A stretch of DNA of 64,000 bases from Candidatus Sericytochromatia bacterium. GTDB lineage: Bacteria; Cyanobacteriota; Sericytochromatia; S15B-MN24; UBA4093. The stretch covers positions 1-64,000 of the forward strand of contig JAKFCT010000045.1 of NCBI GenBank assembly GCA_036676495.1, written 5' to 3'. Below the pieces are notes generated by a model. The model saw only the letters and a program-made list of their open reading frames with translations. It searched no databases and was not told the DNA's origin. Numbering within the stretch: position 1 is the stretch's first letter; every line of letters starts with the position of its first letter. Below, in pieces: positions 9,657-19,470 of this stretch. Made by a program: the position numbers and the translations under genes.

Positions 9657-11891
9657 ATGAAGCGGCGAGAATTCTTGAAACTCAGCAGCCTGACGGCCTC
9701 CACGGCGGTCCTGGGAGCGTGCGCCAAGCCGCAGCCCAAGGAAACCTACGTCCCTTACGTCGAGCAGCCCGAGGAGTTCATCCCCGGAGTTGCCGACTGG
9801 TACGCCACCACGTGCACGATCTGCGCCGCCAACTGCGGCCTCATGGCGCGCGTCATCGACGGCCGGGTGGTCAAGCTCGAGGGCAACCCCAGCCATCCGG
9901 TCAACCAGGGCAAGCTCTGCGCCCTGGGGCAATCGGGCTTGCAGGTGATTTACAACCCCGATCGGATTCGCCAGCCGATGAAGCGGAAGGGCGATCGCGG
10001 CGCGGCCGACTTCGAGCCGATCTCCTGGGACGAGGCCCTGAGCACCCTCGCCACCCGGCTGCGCCAGAGCGCGCAGCAGACCGCCTTCATGGCCATGCCC
10101 CTCAACGGCACCCGGGGCCTGGTTCTCGACCGCTTCAGCCGGGCCGTGAGCGGCCGCGGCCCCGTGACGTTCGACCTCGAGGGCCGCGAAACCCTCCAAG
10201 CCGCCCTCTCGCAGACCCTGGGCACGGACCGGATCCCTTACTATGACCTCACGCAGGCGCAGTACGTGCTCTGCTTCGGGGCCGACCTCTTCGGATCCTG
10301 GGTTTCCCCGGTCAACTTCGGCGTCCAGTTCGGGGAGTTCCGGCAGGGGCGCGCGGGGATCCGCGGCAAGCTGGTCCACGTCGAGCCCCGCATGTCGATC
10401 ACCGGGGCCGCCGCCGACGAGTGGATCCCGGTGCCTCCGGGCCACGAAGGCCTCCTGGCGCTGGCGATCGCCCAGAGCCTGATCGTCCAGGGCCTGGCAC
10501 AGCCGGGTTACGAGGGGTCGCTGCCGGCTCTCGAGGATGTTGCGCCCGGCCGGGTGGCCGAGCGCCTGGGAATCCCCGCGGAGCGGATCGCGGCCGTGGC
10601 CCGGGAGCTCGGGACCCGCAAGCCGGCGATCGCCATCGCCGGAGGCCCCATGGCCGCCCAGACCAACGGCGTGGCGGCCGTCGCGGCCGTTCACGCCCTC
10701 AACCAGCTGCTGGGAACCGTGGGCGTTCCCGGCGGAGTCCTCGCCAGCGCCGTCACCCCCCTGCGCGACCTGAACTCCCTGCCCCCCGCGCGCTTCCGGG
10801 ACGTGCGCGACCTGACCGCCCGCATGCGCCAAGGCCAGGTCCAGGCCCTCCTCGTGCACGAGATCGATCCCGTCTACCTCCTGCCCCAGGCGATGGGCTT
10901 CCGGGACGCCCTGGCCAAGGTTCCCTTCATCGCCAGCTTCAGCTCCTTCATCGACGACACCACCGCCTACGCGGACCTGATCCTCCCGGATCATACCTTC
11001 CTGGAGTCCTGGGGGCTCCAGGTCCCGGAGCCCAACGTCCAGGTTCCGGCCGCGAGCTCCCTGCAGCCGGTGATGCGGCCCCTTTACGAGACCCGGCCGA
11101 TGCCCGACGTCCTGCTCTCGGTCGGCCATGCCCTGGGACCGACCGAGGCCAGCGCGCTTCCGTGGCCCTCGTACACGGCCCTGGTGAAGACCACCTGGGA
11201 GACCCTGTCTCCGGCTCCGAACTTCTGGACCCAGGTCCGCCAGCAGGGAGTCTGGACGGGGACGAAGACCACGGGCGCGGGCCTGCGCCGCAGCGGAGCG
11301 CTTCCGAGCGTTCCGGAGCCGCAGTTCGCCGGCCCGGTCGAGGACTACCCCTACTGGTTCTACCCCTACGTCTCGATGACGCTGCGCGACGGTCGCGCGG
11401 CCAACCTCCCCTGGCAGCAGGAATTGCCGGAAACCATGACCTCCGGAGTCTGGAGCTCCTGGATCGAGATCAACCCCCGGACCGCCGCCGAGCTGGGCTT
11501 CGGCGATCGCGAGGCGGTGGAGATCACCTCACCGCGCGGCACGCTGCGGGCGCGGGTCTACCTCAACCCCGGCGTGCACCCGGGAGTCGTCGCCATGCCC
11601 ATGGGGCAAGGGCATGAGGCCTACGGGCGCTACGCCGCGGGCCGGGGCGTGAACCCCATGGACCTGGTGGAGCCCTTGGAGGTCGCGGGCACGGGAGCCC
11701 TGGCGTGGGCCGCCACCCGGGTGAAACTTTCCAAGGCCGCGGAGGCTCCGTCCTTCACCCGTCTCGACAAGCGAACCCGTCCGAATGAGGGCCATGCACC
11801 GGGCTTCGTGAGCATGAAGGACCTGGTCGAGCAGCGTTGGCCCTGGGATGGCAGCACACAAGGAGGGCAGGGTGGCGGAAGCAGACTCTAA
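9657..11891 (+). CDS. Molybdopterin-oxidoreductase-like subunit of alternative complex III (ActB1/QrcB-like), Tat-exported
   Basis: MKRREFLK Tat motif, VLGAC lipobox-like site, PYVEQPEEFIPG, CX2CX3CX27C, C-terminal molybdopterin-binding-type domain (EINPRTAAELG). Confidence 0.85.
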   Translation: MKRREFLKLSSLTASTAVLGACAKPQPKETYVPYVEQPEEFIPGVADWYATTCTICAANCGLMARVIDGRVVKLEGNPSHPVNQGKLCALGQSGLQVIYNPDRIRQPMKRKGDRGAADFEPISWDEALSTLATRLRQSAQQTAFMAMPLNGTRGLVLDRFSRAVSGRGPVTFDLEGRETLQAALSQTLGTDRIPYYDLTQAQYVLCFGADLFGSWVSPVNFGVQFGEFRQGRAGIRGKLVHVEPRMSITGAAADEWIPVPPGHEGLLALAIAQSLIVQGLAQPGYEGSLPALEDVAPGRVAERLGIPAERIAAVARELGTRKPAIAIAGGPMAAQTNGVAAVAAVHALNQLLGTVGVPGGVLASAVTPLRDLNSLPPARFRDVRDLTARMRQGQVQALLVHEIDPVYLLPQAMGFRDALAKVPFIASFSSFIDDTTAYADLILPDHTFLESWGLQVPEPNVQVPAASSLQPVMRPLYETRPMPDVLLSVGHALGPTEASALPWPSYTALVKTTWETLSPAPNFWTQVRQQGVWTGTKTTGAGLRRSGALPSVPEPQFAGPVEDYPYWFYPYVSMTLRDGRAANLPWQQELPETMTSGVWSSWIEINPRTAAELGFGDREAVEITSPRGTLRARVYLNPGVHPGVVAMPMGQGHEAYGRYAAGRGVNPMDLVEPLEVAGTGALAWAATRVKLSKAAEAPSFTRLDKRTRPNEGHAPGFVSMKDLVEQRWPWDGSTQGGQGGGSRL

Positions 11892-12639
11892 CGGGATGCC
11901 GAAGCCCGCCGCGCCGGACCTTCCGCGCCCCGAAGGCGAGGGAGATCTGCCGCGCTGGGGCATGGTGGTCGACCTGGATCGCTGCACGGGCTGCGAGGCC
12001 TGCGTGCTCGCGTGTCATGCCGAGAACAACCTCCCCATCGTGGGGGAGGAGGAATGTGCCAACGACCGGGCGTTCAACTGGATCCGGGTGGAGCGTTACT
12101 ACGAGGGGGAGTACCCCGAGACCAAGGCGCGCTTCCTGCCGGTGCTTTGCCAGCACTGCACGCATGCTCCCTGCGAGCCGGTCTGCCCGGTCTATGCCAC
12201 CTACCACAACCCCGAGGGGCTCAACGCGCAGGTGTACAACCGCTGCGTGGGGACGCGCTACTGCGCGAACAACTGCCCGTACGACGTGAGGTTCTTCAAC
12301 TGGTTCGATCCCCACTGGCCGGAGCCGATGCCGATGATGCTCAACCCGGACGTGACGGTGCGCAGCCGGGGCGTGATGGAGAAGTGCACGTTCTGCATCC
12401 AGCGGATCAACGCGGTCAAGGAGCAGGCGGCCATCGAGGGGCGGGCGCTGGCCCCTGACGAGGTGGTACCGGCCTGCGCCCAGGCCTGCCCGCCGAGCGT
12501 GCTGATTTTCGGGGATCTGCGGGATCCCCAGAGCAAGGTGAGCAAGCTGACGGGGGACGAGCGGCGCTTCCAGCTCCTGGGAGAGCTGGGGACGGAGCCG
12601 GTGGTCATCTACCTCAAGCAGGCAGGAGAGCCGTCATGA
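11872..12639 (+). CDS. Alternative complex III iron-sulfur subunit (ActB2)
   Basis: RWGMVVDLDRCTGCEACVLAC, CQHCTHAPCEPVCP, CVGTRYCANNCP ([3Fe-4S] variant), GVMEKCTFCIQRI; start GTG 11872 after GGAGG (ATG 11848/11896 possible). Confidence 0.9.
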   Translation: MAEADSNGMPKPAAPDLPRPEGEGDLPRWGMVVDLDRCTGCEACVLACHAENNLPIVGEEECANDRAFNWIRVERYYEGEYPETKARFLPVLCQHCTHAPCEPVCPVYATYHNPEGLNAQVYNRCVGTRYCANNCPYDVRFFNWFDPHWPEPMPMMLNPDVTVRSRGVMEKCTFCIQRINAVKEQAAIEGRALAPDEVVPACAQACPPSVLIFGDLRDPQSKVSKLTGDERRFQLLGELGTEPVVIYLKQAGEPS

Positions 12640-14036
12640 CGACTCCGCACCGCCACCCGCTGCCTTCCGACGAGCAGATCGTCGCGGACATCCTCGCTCC
12701 CATGGAGCGGATCACCTGGCGCTTCTGGGTCTTCGTCGCGATCTTGCTGTTGATCGTCGCGCTGGGGATCGGGGCTTACCTCTACATGGCCGCGGTCGGC
12801 ATGGGGGTGACGGGCCTGAGCCGGCCGAACATGTGGGGCTTTTTGATCGCCAGCTTCGTTTTCTGGATCGGCCTCTCGCACTCGGGAACGCTGATCTCGG
12901 CGATTCTGAGGCTGACCAAGGCCGAGTGGCGTCGCCCCGTCGTGCGCGCGGCCGAGGCCATGACGCTCTTTTCCATCATGGTCGCCGCCATCTTCCCCAT
13001 CATCCACCTGGGCCGCTCCTGGCTCTTCTACTGGCTGATCCCCTATCCGAGCGAGCGCTGGCTCTGGCCCAACTTCCGCTCTCCGCTGATGTGGGACTTC
13101 ATGGCGATCACCACCTACCTGACGGGCAGCACGATGTACTTCTTCCTGCCCTTGATCCCGGATCTCGCGACCGTCCGGGATCGCTCCACCGGCTGGAAGA
13201 AGCGCATCTACACGGTGCTCAGCTTCGGGTGGCGGGGGACGGCCGAGCAGTGGGAGCGCCTGGAGCGGGCCCTGTCGATCATGGCCGTGACGATCCTGCC
13301 GGTGGCGGTCTCGGTGCATACGATCGTGTCCTGGGACTTCGCCATGGCGATCGCCCCTCCGATGTGGCATACCACCATCTACGGCCCCTACTTCGTGGCC
13401 GGCGCCATCTACTCGGGGCTGGCGCTGGTCATCACGGTGATGGCCGTCCTGCGCTGGGTCTACAAGCTGGACACCTACCTGAGGCCCGAGCACTTCGACA
13501 AGATGGGCAAGATCCTCCTGACCGTCGCCCTCGTCTGGTTCTACCTCTGGTGGGGGGATTTCCTGATCAGCTGGTACGGCCGGCTGCCGCATGAGCGGCT
13601 CGCCTGGAACGAGTACCTCTTCGGGCGCTTCTGGCCCCTGTCTTGGACCATGTTGCTCGCCAACGCCTTGCTGCCCATCGTTTGCCTCAGCTTCCGGAAG
13701 TTCCGCCATTCCATCCCGGCGATGGTGGTCCTGACCCTGCTCATCAACGTGGGGATGTACTTCGAGCGCTTGCTGATCGTGATCCCGCCCTTGTCCTTCA
13801 AGAACTTCCCTTACGTTTGGGGGCATTACTGGCCGAGCTGGGTCGAGTGGACCATCATCCTCTCGGCGTTCGCCTTCTTCACCTTGCTCTACACGGTCTT
13901 CTCGAAGCTGATCCCGATCGTCTCGATCTGGGAAGTGCGCGAGGAGCGGATCTACACCACGAATAAGCGGGTCGGCAAGGAGACCTACGAGGCGGTGGCC
14001 CTGCCGATGGTCGGCCAGGAGGGCGGTCATGGCTAA
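12636..14036 (+). CDS. actC: Alternative complex III quinol-binding membrane subunit (NrfD/PsrC family)
   Basis: FVFWIGLSHSGTLISAIL, HLGR, WPNFRSPLMWD, SVHTIVSWDFA; many TM helices. Confidence 0.92.
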   Translation: MTTPHRHPLPSDEQIVADILAPMERITWRFWVFVAILLLIVALGIGAYLYMAAVGMGVTGLSRPNMWGFLIASFVFWIGLSHSGTLISAILRLTKAEWRRPVVRAAEAMTLFSIMVAAIFPIIHLGRSWLFYWLIPYPSERWLWPNFRSPLMWDFMAITTYLTGSTMYFFLPLIPDLATVRDRSTGWKKRIYTVLSFGWRGTAEQWERLERALSIMAVTILPVAVSVHTIVSWDFAMAIAPPMWHTTIYGPYFVAGAIYSGLALVITVMAVLRWVYKLDTYLRPEHFDKMGKILLTVALVWFYLWWGDFLISWYGRLPHERLAWNEYLFGRFWPLSWTMLLANALLPIVCLSFRKFRHSIPAMVVLTLLINVGMYFERLLIVIPPLSFKNFPYVWGHYWPSWVEWTIILSAFAFFTLLYTVFSKLIPIVSIWEVREERIYTTNKRVGKETYEAVALPMVGQEGGHG

Positions 14037-14532
14037 GGTCTTCGCCCTCTTCAAGGAGCTCGACGAGGTGGTGGGAGCGGTGGACGCGCTGAAGGCGTCG
14101 CGCTTCGAGACGCGGGACATCGAGCTTTTGTCCTCCATTCCCTATCCGCCGCATGCCGTGGGCTTGCCGGAGACCCGGACCCAGAACCAGGTCTGGCTCT
14201 CGACGGGCATGGGCGCTTTGGGAATGCTCTTCGGGTTCCTGCTCGCCGGGGGGACGGCCTGGCTGTATCAGCTTCCGACCGGCGGCAAGCCGATCGTCGC
14301 CATGCCGACGGTGGCGGTGATCATGTACGAGACGACCATGCTCTTTGCCATCTGGACGGCGTTCTTCGGGGCGTTGATCTTCTTCAAGGGCTGGCGCTCC
14401 AAGCGGGCGCCTTACGATCCGCGGATCGCCGCCGGAGCGATCGGCCTGGTGGTGAGCGTTCCGGACGCGGGGCGCGTGAGCGAGGCCGAGGCGGCCATGG
14501 CGGGAGCCATGGAGGTGACGCGATGGGACTGA
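14029..14532 (+). CDS. actD: Alternative complex III subunit D (DUF3341)
   Basis: Two TM helices around GGKP, YETTMLFA, YDPRI; position after actC. Confidence 0.85.
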   Translation: MAKVFALFKELDEVVGAVDALKASRFETRDIELLSSIPYPPHAVGLPETRTQNQVWLSTGMGALGMLFGFLLAGGTAWLYQLPTGGKPIVAMPTVAVIMYETTMLFAIWTAFFGALIFFKGWRSKRAPYDPRIAAGAIGLVVSVPDAGRVSEAEAAMAGAMEVTRWD

Positions 14533-15032
14533 GCGCGAAACGGGCCGCGATCCTCGGGGCCTGGGCCCTCGGGGCCTCCCTCGGGACGTGGTTCCTCGGG
14601 GGATGCTCGGGGCAGATGGCGGATCAGCCGTCCTACAAGACGGGGAAGCTCGCGTTGCTGCCGGCGAGCGGCTCGTTGCCGGTGACTCCGCAGCGCCCCT
14701 GGGCGGTGAAGCTGCCCCCCGGGACGGCGACCGCCTCCAATCCGGTCCTGGTGACGCAGGCGGTCTTGACGGAGGGCAAGCAGCTCTACGCCGACAACTG
14801 CAGCTTCTGTCACGGGGCGGAGGGCCGGGGGGACGGCCCGGTCGGGGAGGTTTACGCGCCGCGGCCGGCGAACCTGCATTTGCCGCGGCTGGTCTCCGCC
14901 ACGGATGGGCGGATCTACGAGGTGATCACCAACGGGTACTCGACGATGCCGGCCTTCTACAAGCGGCTGGATCCGGGGGAGCGCTGGCGGGTCGTGGCCT
15001 ATGTGCGGGAGCTTCAGCGTGGAAGCGATTGA
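14523..15032 (+). CDS. actE: Alternative complex III monoheme cytochrome c lipoprotein
   Basis: LGGC lipobox then MADQP, CSFCHG, DGRIYEVITNGYSTMP, RWRVVAYVR. Confidence 0.85.
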   Translation: MGLSAKRAAILGAWALGASLGTWFLGGCSGQMADQPSYKTGKLALLPASGSLPVTPQRPWAVKLPPGTATASNPVLVTQAVLTEGKQLYADNCSFCHGAEGRGDGPVGEVYAPRPANLHLPRLVSATDGRIYEVITNGYSTMPAFYKRLDPGERWRVVAYVRELQRGSD

Positions 15033-15621
15033 GCGGCTTCGAGGGCTGGCCCGGGCCTGCGGCGCGACCCTGGACTGTCCCGGGGCGACCCAGGTGGTGC
15101 CGGGGGAAGGCAATCCGCATGCGGCGATCGTCCTGGTGGGCGAGGCTCCGGGAGAGCAGGAGGATCGGGAGGGGCGTCCCTTTGTGGGGCGTTCGGGTCG
15201 GCTGCTCGAGCGGATCCTGGAGGAGGCGGGGCTGAGCCGGGAGGAGGTCTGGATCACGAACGCGGTGAAGTGCCGGCCGGTGCTCTTCGAGGGGGATCGC
15301 ATGCGGAACCGGCCTCCCAAGGTTTCGGAGGTTCGGGCCTGGAGCGGGTGCCTGCATGAGGAGTTGCGGCTGATCGGGCCGCGGGTCCTGGTGGGGCTGG
15401 GGGCGGTGGCGGGCCGCGCGCTCTTGGGGCAGGACTTCAAGCTGACGAGCGAGCGGGGTCAATGGCGCCGGGATTCGGTGCTGGGGACCGAGACGCTGGT
15501 GACCTGGCATCCGGCTTACCTCTTGAGGCAGAAGGGAGAGGGTTACGAGCAGCGGCTGGCGGAGGCGATCGCCGACCTGGCGGAAGCGGCCCAGCACCTG
15601 CGAACGCTTTCGTCTCCTTAG
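15019..15621 (+). CDS. Uracil-DNA glycosylase, family 4-like
   Basis: VGEAPG, PFVGRSG, NAVKCRP, TWHPAYLLR; probable GTG start overlapping the actE end. Confidence 0.88.
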   Translation: MEAIERLRGLARACGATLDCPGATQVVPGEGNPHAAIVLVGEAPGEQEDREGRPFVGRSGRLLERILEEAGLSREEVWITNAVKCRPVLFEGDRMRNRPPKVSEVRAWSGCLHEELRLIGPRVLVGLGAVAGRALLGQDFKLTSERGQWRRDSVLGTETLVTWHPAYLLRQKGEGYEQRLAEAIADLAEAAQHLRTLSSP

Positions 15622-15729
15622 ACCGTGATCCGCGGAGCCGCGTGCCGTAGGCTGGGCTTGCCCGGGCCGCCGGAGGCGGATCCCGGAGAGGTTCGGAAGG
15701 GGTCCGAGCGCGTTGGAGAAGGGGGAGCG

Positions 15730-16053
15730 ATGCCGCGTACCGAGCGGAAGTTATGCCTGGATGGGGTGGCGATCGTGCTCGATGCCGACGCCGTGGAGAT
15801 CGACCTGGCGCGGCGGGGCCAGAAGGCCATGCATGCGGCGGGGGAGGTCGCGGAGGTCCATTGCTGCGGGGCGCGTTGCCAGCCGCTGATGCGCTTCGAG
15901 GATGGGTCGGTGGTCTACCTGCACTGCCCTCCCGAGGGTGAGGAGGGGCCCATGGGGTACCGGGTCGAGTCTCCGCGCCCGCACCGCTGGACCATCGCCT
16001 TCCTGTCGGAGGGGCCGGAGCGGGTGGCGCGGCTGAGCTGGGACACCATCTAG
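15730..16053 (+). CDS. Hypothetical protein
   Basis: ORF with GGGGGAG RBS before ATG 15730; no recognisable family. Confidence 0.55.
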   Translation: MPRTERKLCLDGVAIVLDADAVEIDLARRGQKAMHAAGEVAEVHCCGARCQPLMRFEDGSVVYLHCPPEGEEGPMGYRVESPRPHRWTIAFLSEGPERVARLSWDTI

Positions 16054-16101
16054 ACTGCGGCTCCGGAGGACGGTTGCGAGGCCGGACGCCATGTCGGGGT
16101 T

Positions 16102-18456
16102 TTAGCCGGGTTCCGCGCGGCGGGGGCTCTGGCGCCGGAGGGCCTCGTCCAAAAGGAGGCGGCGCTCCGCGGAAGCGACGTGCCGGCGCGTGGCGACCAC
16201 GGCGTCGGCATTGACCGAGATCGAGCCGATCCCCCAGCGCACCAGCTGCTCGGCGAACTCCGGGTAGACGGAAGGGGCCTGCCCGCAGAGGCTGGTCTCC
16301 ATGCCCACCTCCTCGGCGGCCGTCAGGATCGACGCGATCGCCCCCATCACCGCGGGATCGCGCTCGTCGTAGAGCTCGCTGAGCCGCTCGTTGTCGCGGT
16401 CCACCCCCAGGATCAACTGGGTGAGGTCATTGGAGCCGATCGAGACCCCCGTGATCCCCAGCGCGTGGTAATCCTCCAGGTAGTAAAGCACCGAGGGCAC
16501 CTCGGCCATCAGCCAGAGCTGGAAGCGCCGATCCCGCATCAGCCCGCTCTCCTCCACGTGCTCCACGCAGGCCTCCACCTCCCAGAGCGTCCGGGCGAAC
16601 GGCAGCATCACGTTCAGGTTCTGCAAGCCCCCCTCGCGCAACTCCCGGATGGCCCTCAGCTCCAGCGCGAAGAGCGCCGGATCCTTGAGGTAGCGGAAGC
16701 ACCCGCGCAACCCGATCATCGGGTTCTCCTCCACCGGCTCGGCCTCGACTCCCCCCTCCAGGTTGCGGAACTCGTTGGAGCGAAAATCCGTCGTCCGGTA
16801 CAAGACCGGCCGCGGGTGAAACGCCTGGGCGATCCTCCCCACGTCCCGCTTCAGGCGCTCCACGAAGACCTCATGCGGGCAGTCCTTCAGGTAGAGCGCG
16901 GGATGCGTCTGCTCCAGCGCATGCATGAGGATCAGCTCCGCCCGCAAGAGGCCGACGCCCTCCACCGGAAGCGCCGCCGCCGCCTCGGCCTGCTCGGGAT
17001 CCGCCAGGTTGAGCAGGATCTTGGTGGCCGTCGTTTCCGCCTCCCGCGCCGTCGGGGCCGAGGGCGGCTTGACCAGGTGCCCGTTGGTCTGCGCCCCCTG
17101 GAAGATGATCCCCCGGGTGGCGTCCACCGTGATCACCTCCCCGTCCCGAAGCAGCTGGGTCGCCCCGCGGGTGCCCACCACGCAAGGGACCCCCAGCTCG
17201 CGCGAGACGATGGCGGCATGGCTGGTCATGCCGCCGGTGTCCGTCACCGTGGCGGCGGCCCGCCGCATCAGCGGCACCCAGTCCGGGCTGGTCGTGTGCG
17301 CGACCAGGATCTCCCCGCTTTGTAGCTTGGCGCCTTCCTGGGGCGAGCGCAGCACCCGGACCCGGCCCACGGCCACTCCGGGGCTGGCCCCCATCCCGCG
17401 CAGCAATTCCCGGGAGGCGGCTCCGGCCAGGGTCGCGAGCGCGCCCGGAGGCCCCGCCGCTTCGTCACCCGGTGGGTTGGCGGTCGTGGCTCCCGAGGGG
17501 ATGACGGGCGCGCGCTTCTGGGTGGTGATGGGACGCGTCTGGACCAGGTAGAGCTGGTCCTCGGCGATCGCCCATTCCATGTCCTGCGGTTCGTCGTAAT
17601 GATCCTCGACCCGGAAGGCCAAGTCCAGAAGCTGCTGGACCTCCCTGCCCCCGAGGACCGGAGCCCGGGCCTCCCAGTCCTCCAGCTCGACGCGCTCGTT
17701 TTCCCCGCCTTCCCCGCGCACCAGCTTGAACTCCTTGAAGCCGATCTGCTTGCTGACGATCTTGCGGGTGGCCTTGTTGAGGACCAGGGAGTCCGGGGTG
17801 ATCTCGCCTCCCACCACCACCTCGCCCAGCCCCCAACCGGCCTCGATGACGACTTCCTGGCGATCGCCGGTCGTCGGGTTCGCCGAGAACATGACCCCGG
17901 ATTTCTCGGCGTTCACCATGGTCTGGATCACCACGGCGATGGCGGGCGGCGCCTCGATCTGCCGGCGGGCCCGGTAGTAGATGACCCGGGCCCCGTAGAG
18001 CGAGGCCCAGCACTCCCGAACCTTGGCAATCAGGGCCTCGTCTCCGAAGACGTTGAGGAAGCTGCGGTTCATGCCCGCGAACGAGGCCGCCTCGGTGTCC
18101 TCGGAGGTGGCCGAGGACCTCACGGCCACGAAGCGCTCGGGAAGCTGGTGGTAGGCCTCCAGGATGTCCTGCTTCAGCGCGTCGGGCATGGGCTTCGAGA
18201 GGATCAGCTCCTGGATCGTGCCGGCGACGGCATTCAGCTGGTCGGTGTCCTCGACGTCCAGCCCCTCCAGCTCCAGCGGCATGCGCGCGGTGAGGCCGGA
18301 TTGCTCGAGGAAGGTCCGGTAGACGTCGGCCGTCACGACGAAGCCGGGTGGAATGGGGAGGCCGGCCCGGGTCATCTCGCCGAGGTTGGCTCCCTTGCCA
18401 CCGGCCAGCTCGACGTCCTGGCGGCTGAGCTCCTGGAACCATCGGATCTCCGACAT
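16102..18456 (-). CDS. ppsA: Phosphoenolpyruvate synthase
   Basis: GGKGANLGEM, VAVRSSATSED, GGMTSHAAIVSRE (phospho-His), EENPMIGLRG, SIGSNDLTQ. Confidence 0.95.
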   Translation of the reverse strand: MSEIRWFQELSRQDVELAGGKGANLGEMTRAGLPIPPGFVVTADVYRTFLEQSGLTARMPLELEGLDVEDTDQLNAVAGTIQELILSKPMPDALKQDILEAYHQLPERFVAVRSSATSEDTEAASFAGMNRSFLNVFGDEALIAKVRECWASLYGARVIYYRARRQIEAPPAIAVVIQTMVNAEKSGVMFSANPTTGDRQEVVIEAGWGLGEVVVGGEITPDSLVLNKATRKIVSKQIGFKEFKLVRGEGGENERVELEDWEARAPVLGGREVQQLLDLAFRVEDHYDEPQDMEWAIAEDQLYLVQTRPITTQKRAPVIPSGATTANPPGDEAAGPPGALATLAGAASRELLRGMGASPGVAVGRVRVLRSPQEGAKLQSGEILVAHTTSPDWVPLMRRAAATVTDTGGMTSHAAIVSRELGVPCVVGTRGATQLLRDGEVITVDATRGIIFQGAQTNGHLVKPPSAPTAREAETTATKILLNLADPEQAEAAAALPVEGVGLLRAELILMHALEQTHPALYLKDCPHEVFVERLKRDVGRIAQAFHPRPVLYRTTDFRSNEFRNLEGGVEAEPVEENPMIGLRGCFRYLKDPALFALELRAIRELREGGLQNLNVMLPFARTLWEVEACVEHVEESGLMRDRRFQLWLMAEVPSVLYYLEDYHALGITGVSIGSNDLTQLILGVDRDNERLSELYDERDPAVMGAIASILTAAEEVGMETSLCGQAPSVYPEFAEQLVRWGIGSISVNADAVVATRRHVASAERRLLLDEALRRQSPRRAEPG

Positions 18457-18494
18457 CCCCTCCCCCTTTGCCTTTGAGCGCGTCGCGGCAGCCG

Positions 18495-19469
18495 CTAGCC
18501 CGGCCCGCTCCCCGGCCGCGAGCGCCGGGTGACCACCTGGACGTTGTTGACCACCCGCGTGATCCCCGGGACCGCCTGCGCCAGCTGCCCCGCCTTGAGG
18601 CGTTGCTCGGGCGTGTCCACCTGGCCCCAGAGGTAGGCGACTTCCTTGACGACCACCGAGAGCACGTCCACCGGGCTCACCTCATCCCCCTTGGCCCCGA
18701 ACGCCCGCCGGACCTCCTGGTTGAGCGCATCGTCGCCACCCGTCGAGCCGTCGATCGCCACCAGTCGGTTCTGCACCGACTTCACGCCCGGCACCCGTTG
18801 GGCGAGGATCCGCGCCTGGGCCGCTTCTTCGGCGGTCTTGACCCAGCCGTCCAGCGTGACCGTGCCGTTGTGGGTCCAGGTGTGGATCTCGTCGGCCCGG
18901 GGAGTGGGCATCGCGTTGGCGAGCAACTCCTCGATCTCGTTGGTGATCGTGATGTCGTCCCGGCCGACGACCACTTGGGGCGCCTCCGGGGGGATCTTGA
19001 ACTTGCCCTCCTGGCGGTACTCCGGTTCGACGCCGATCTGCTGCTGCCCCATGATGACGGCTTCCTCGGCATGCACGGCGCGGATGCCGGGAATCCCGGA
19101 GACGATCCGCTGGGCGCGATTGCGCTTGTCCAGGCTTTCCACGCTGCCTTGCAGGTAGGCGACCCCCTCTCGGACCCGGACTCCCAGGTCGAGTCCCGCG
19201 TCGAAGAGGGCCTTCTCGGCGCACGTGGTCAGTCCCTGATCGTCGTCGGGGCGGTTGTTGGTGATGACCAGGCTGTTGTCGATGGCAAGGCCCGGCACGA
19301 TCTGGCGGGTCAGACTCTCCACTTCCTCCTTGGCCCTGAGGCTGGAGACCTCCCCGGTCAAGGCGACGGCGTCCTCCAGGAAGGTGACCGTGATGCTCGG
19401 GCTGCCGACCTTGGGATCCCGCGCGTACGCGTCCAGCAGGGCTTGCCGGAGATCGTCCAACCGCGCCAT
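18495..19469 (-). CDS. Multi-BON-domain protein (about four BON repeats)
   Basis: Repeated V.L.G.V...A..VPGV..V.N.L units; no signal peptide visible. Confidence 0.85.
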   Translation of the reverse strand: MARLDDLRQALLDAYARDPKVGSPSITVTFLEDAVALTGEVSSLRAKEEVESLTRQIVPGLAIDNSLVITNNRPDDDQGLTTCAEKALFDAGLDLGVRVREGVAYLQGSVESLDKRNRAQRIVSGIPGIRAVHAEEAVIMGQQQIGVEPEYRQEGKFKIPPEAPQVVVGRDDITITNEIEELLANAMPTPRADEIHTWTHNGTVTLDGWVKTAEEAAQARILAQRVPGVKSVQNRLVAIDGSTGGDDALNQEVRRAFGAKGDEVSPVDVLSVVVKEVAYLWGQVDTPEQRLKAGQLAQAVPGITRVVNNVQVVTRRSRPGSGPG

Positions 19470-19470
19470 G

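Noticed and set aside
15019-15621. UdgX (covalent uracil-binding UDG)
   Set aside because: Lacks the KRRIH loop; has KCRP...NRPP of family 4
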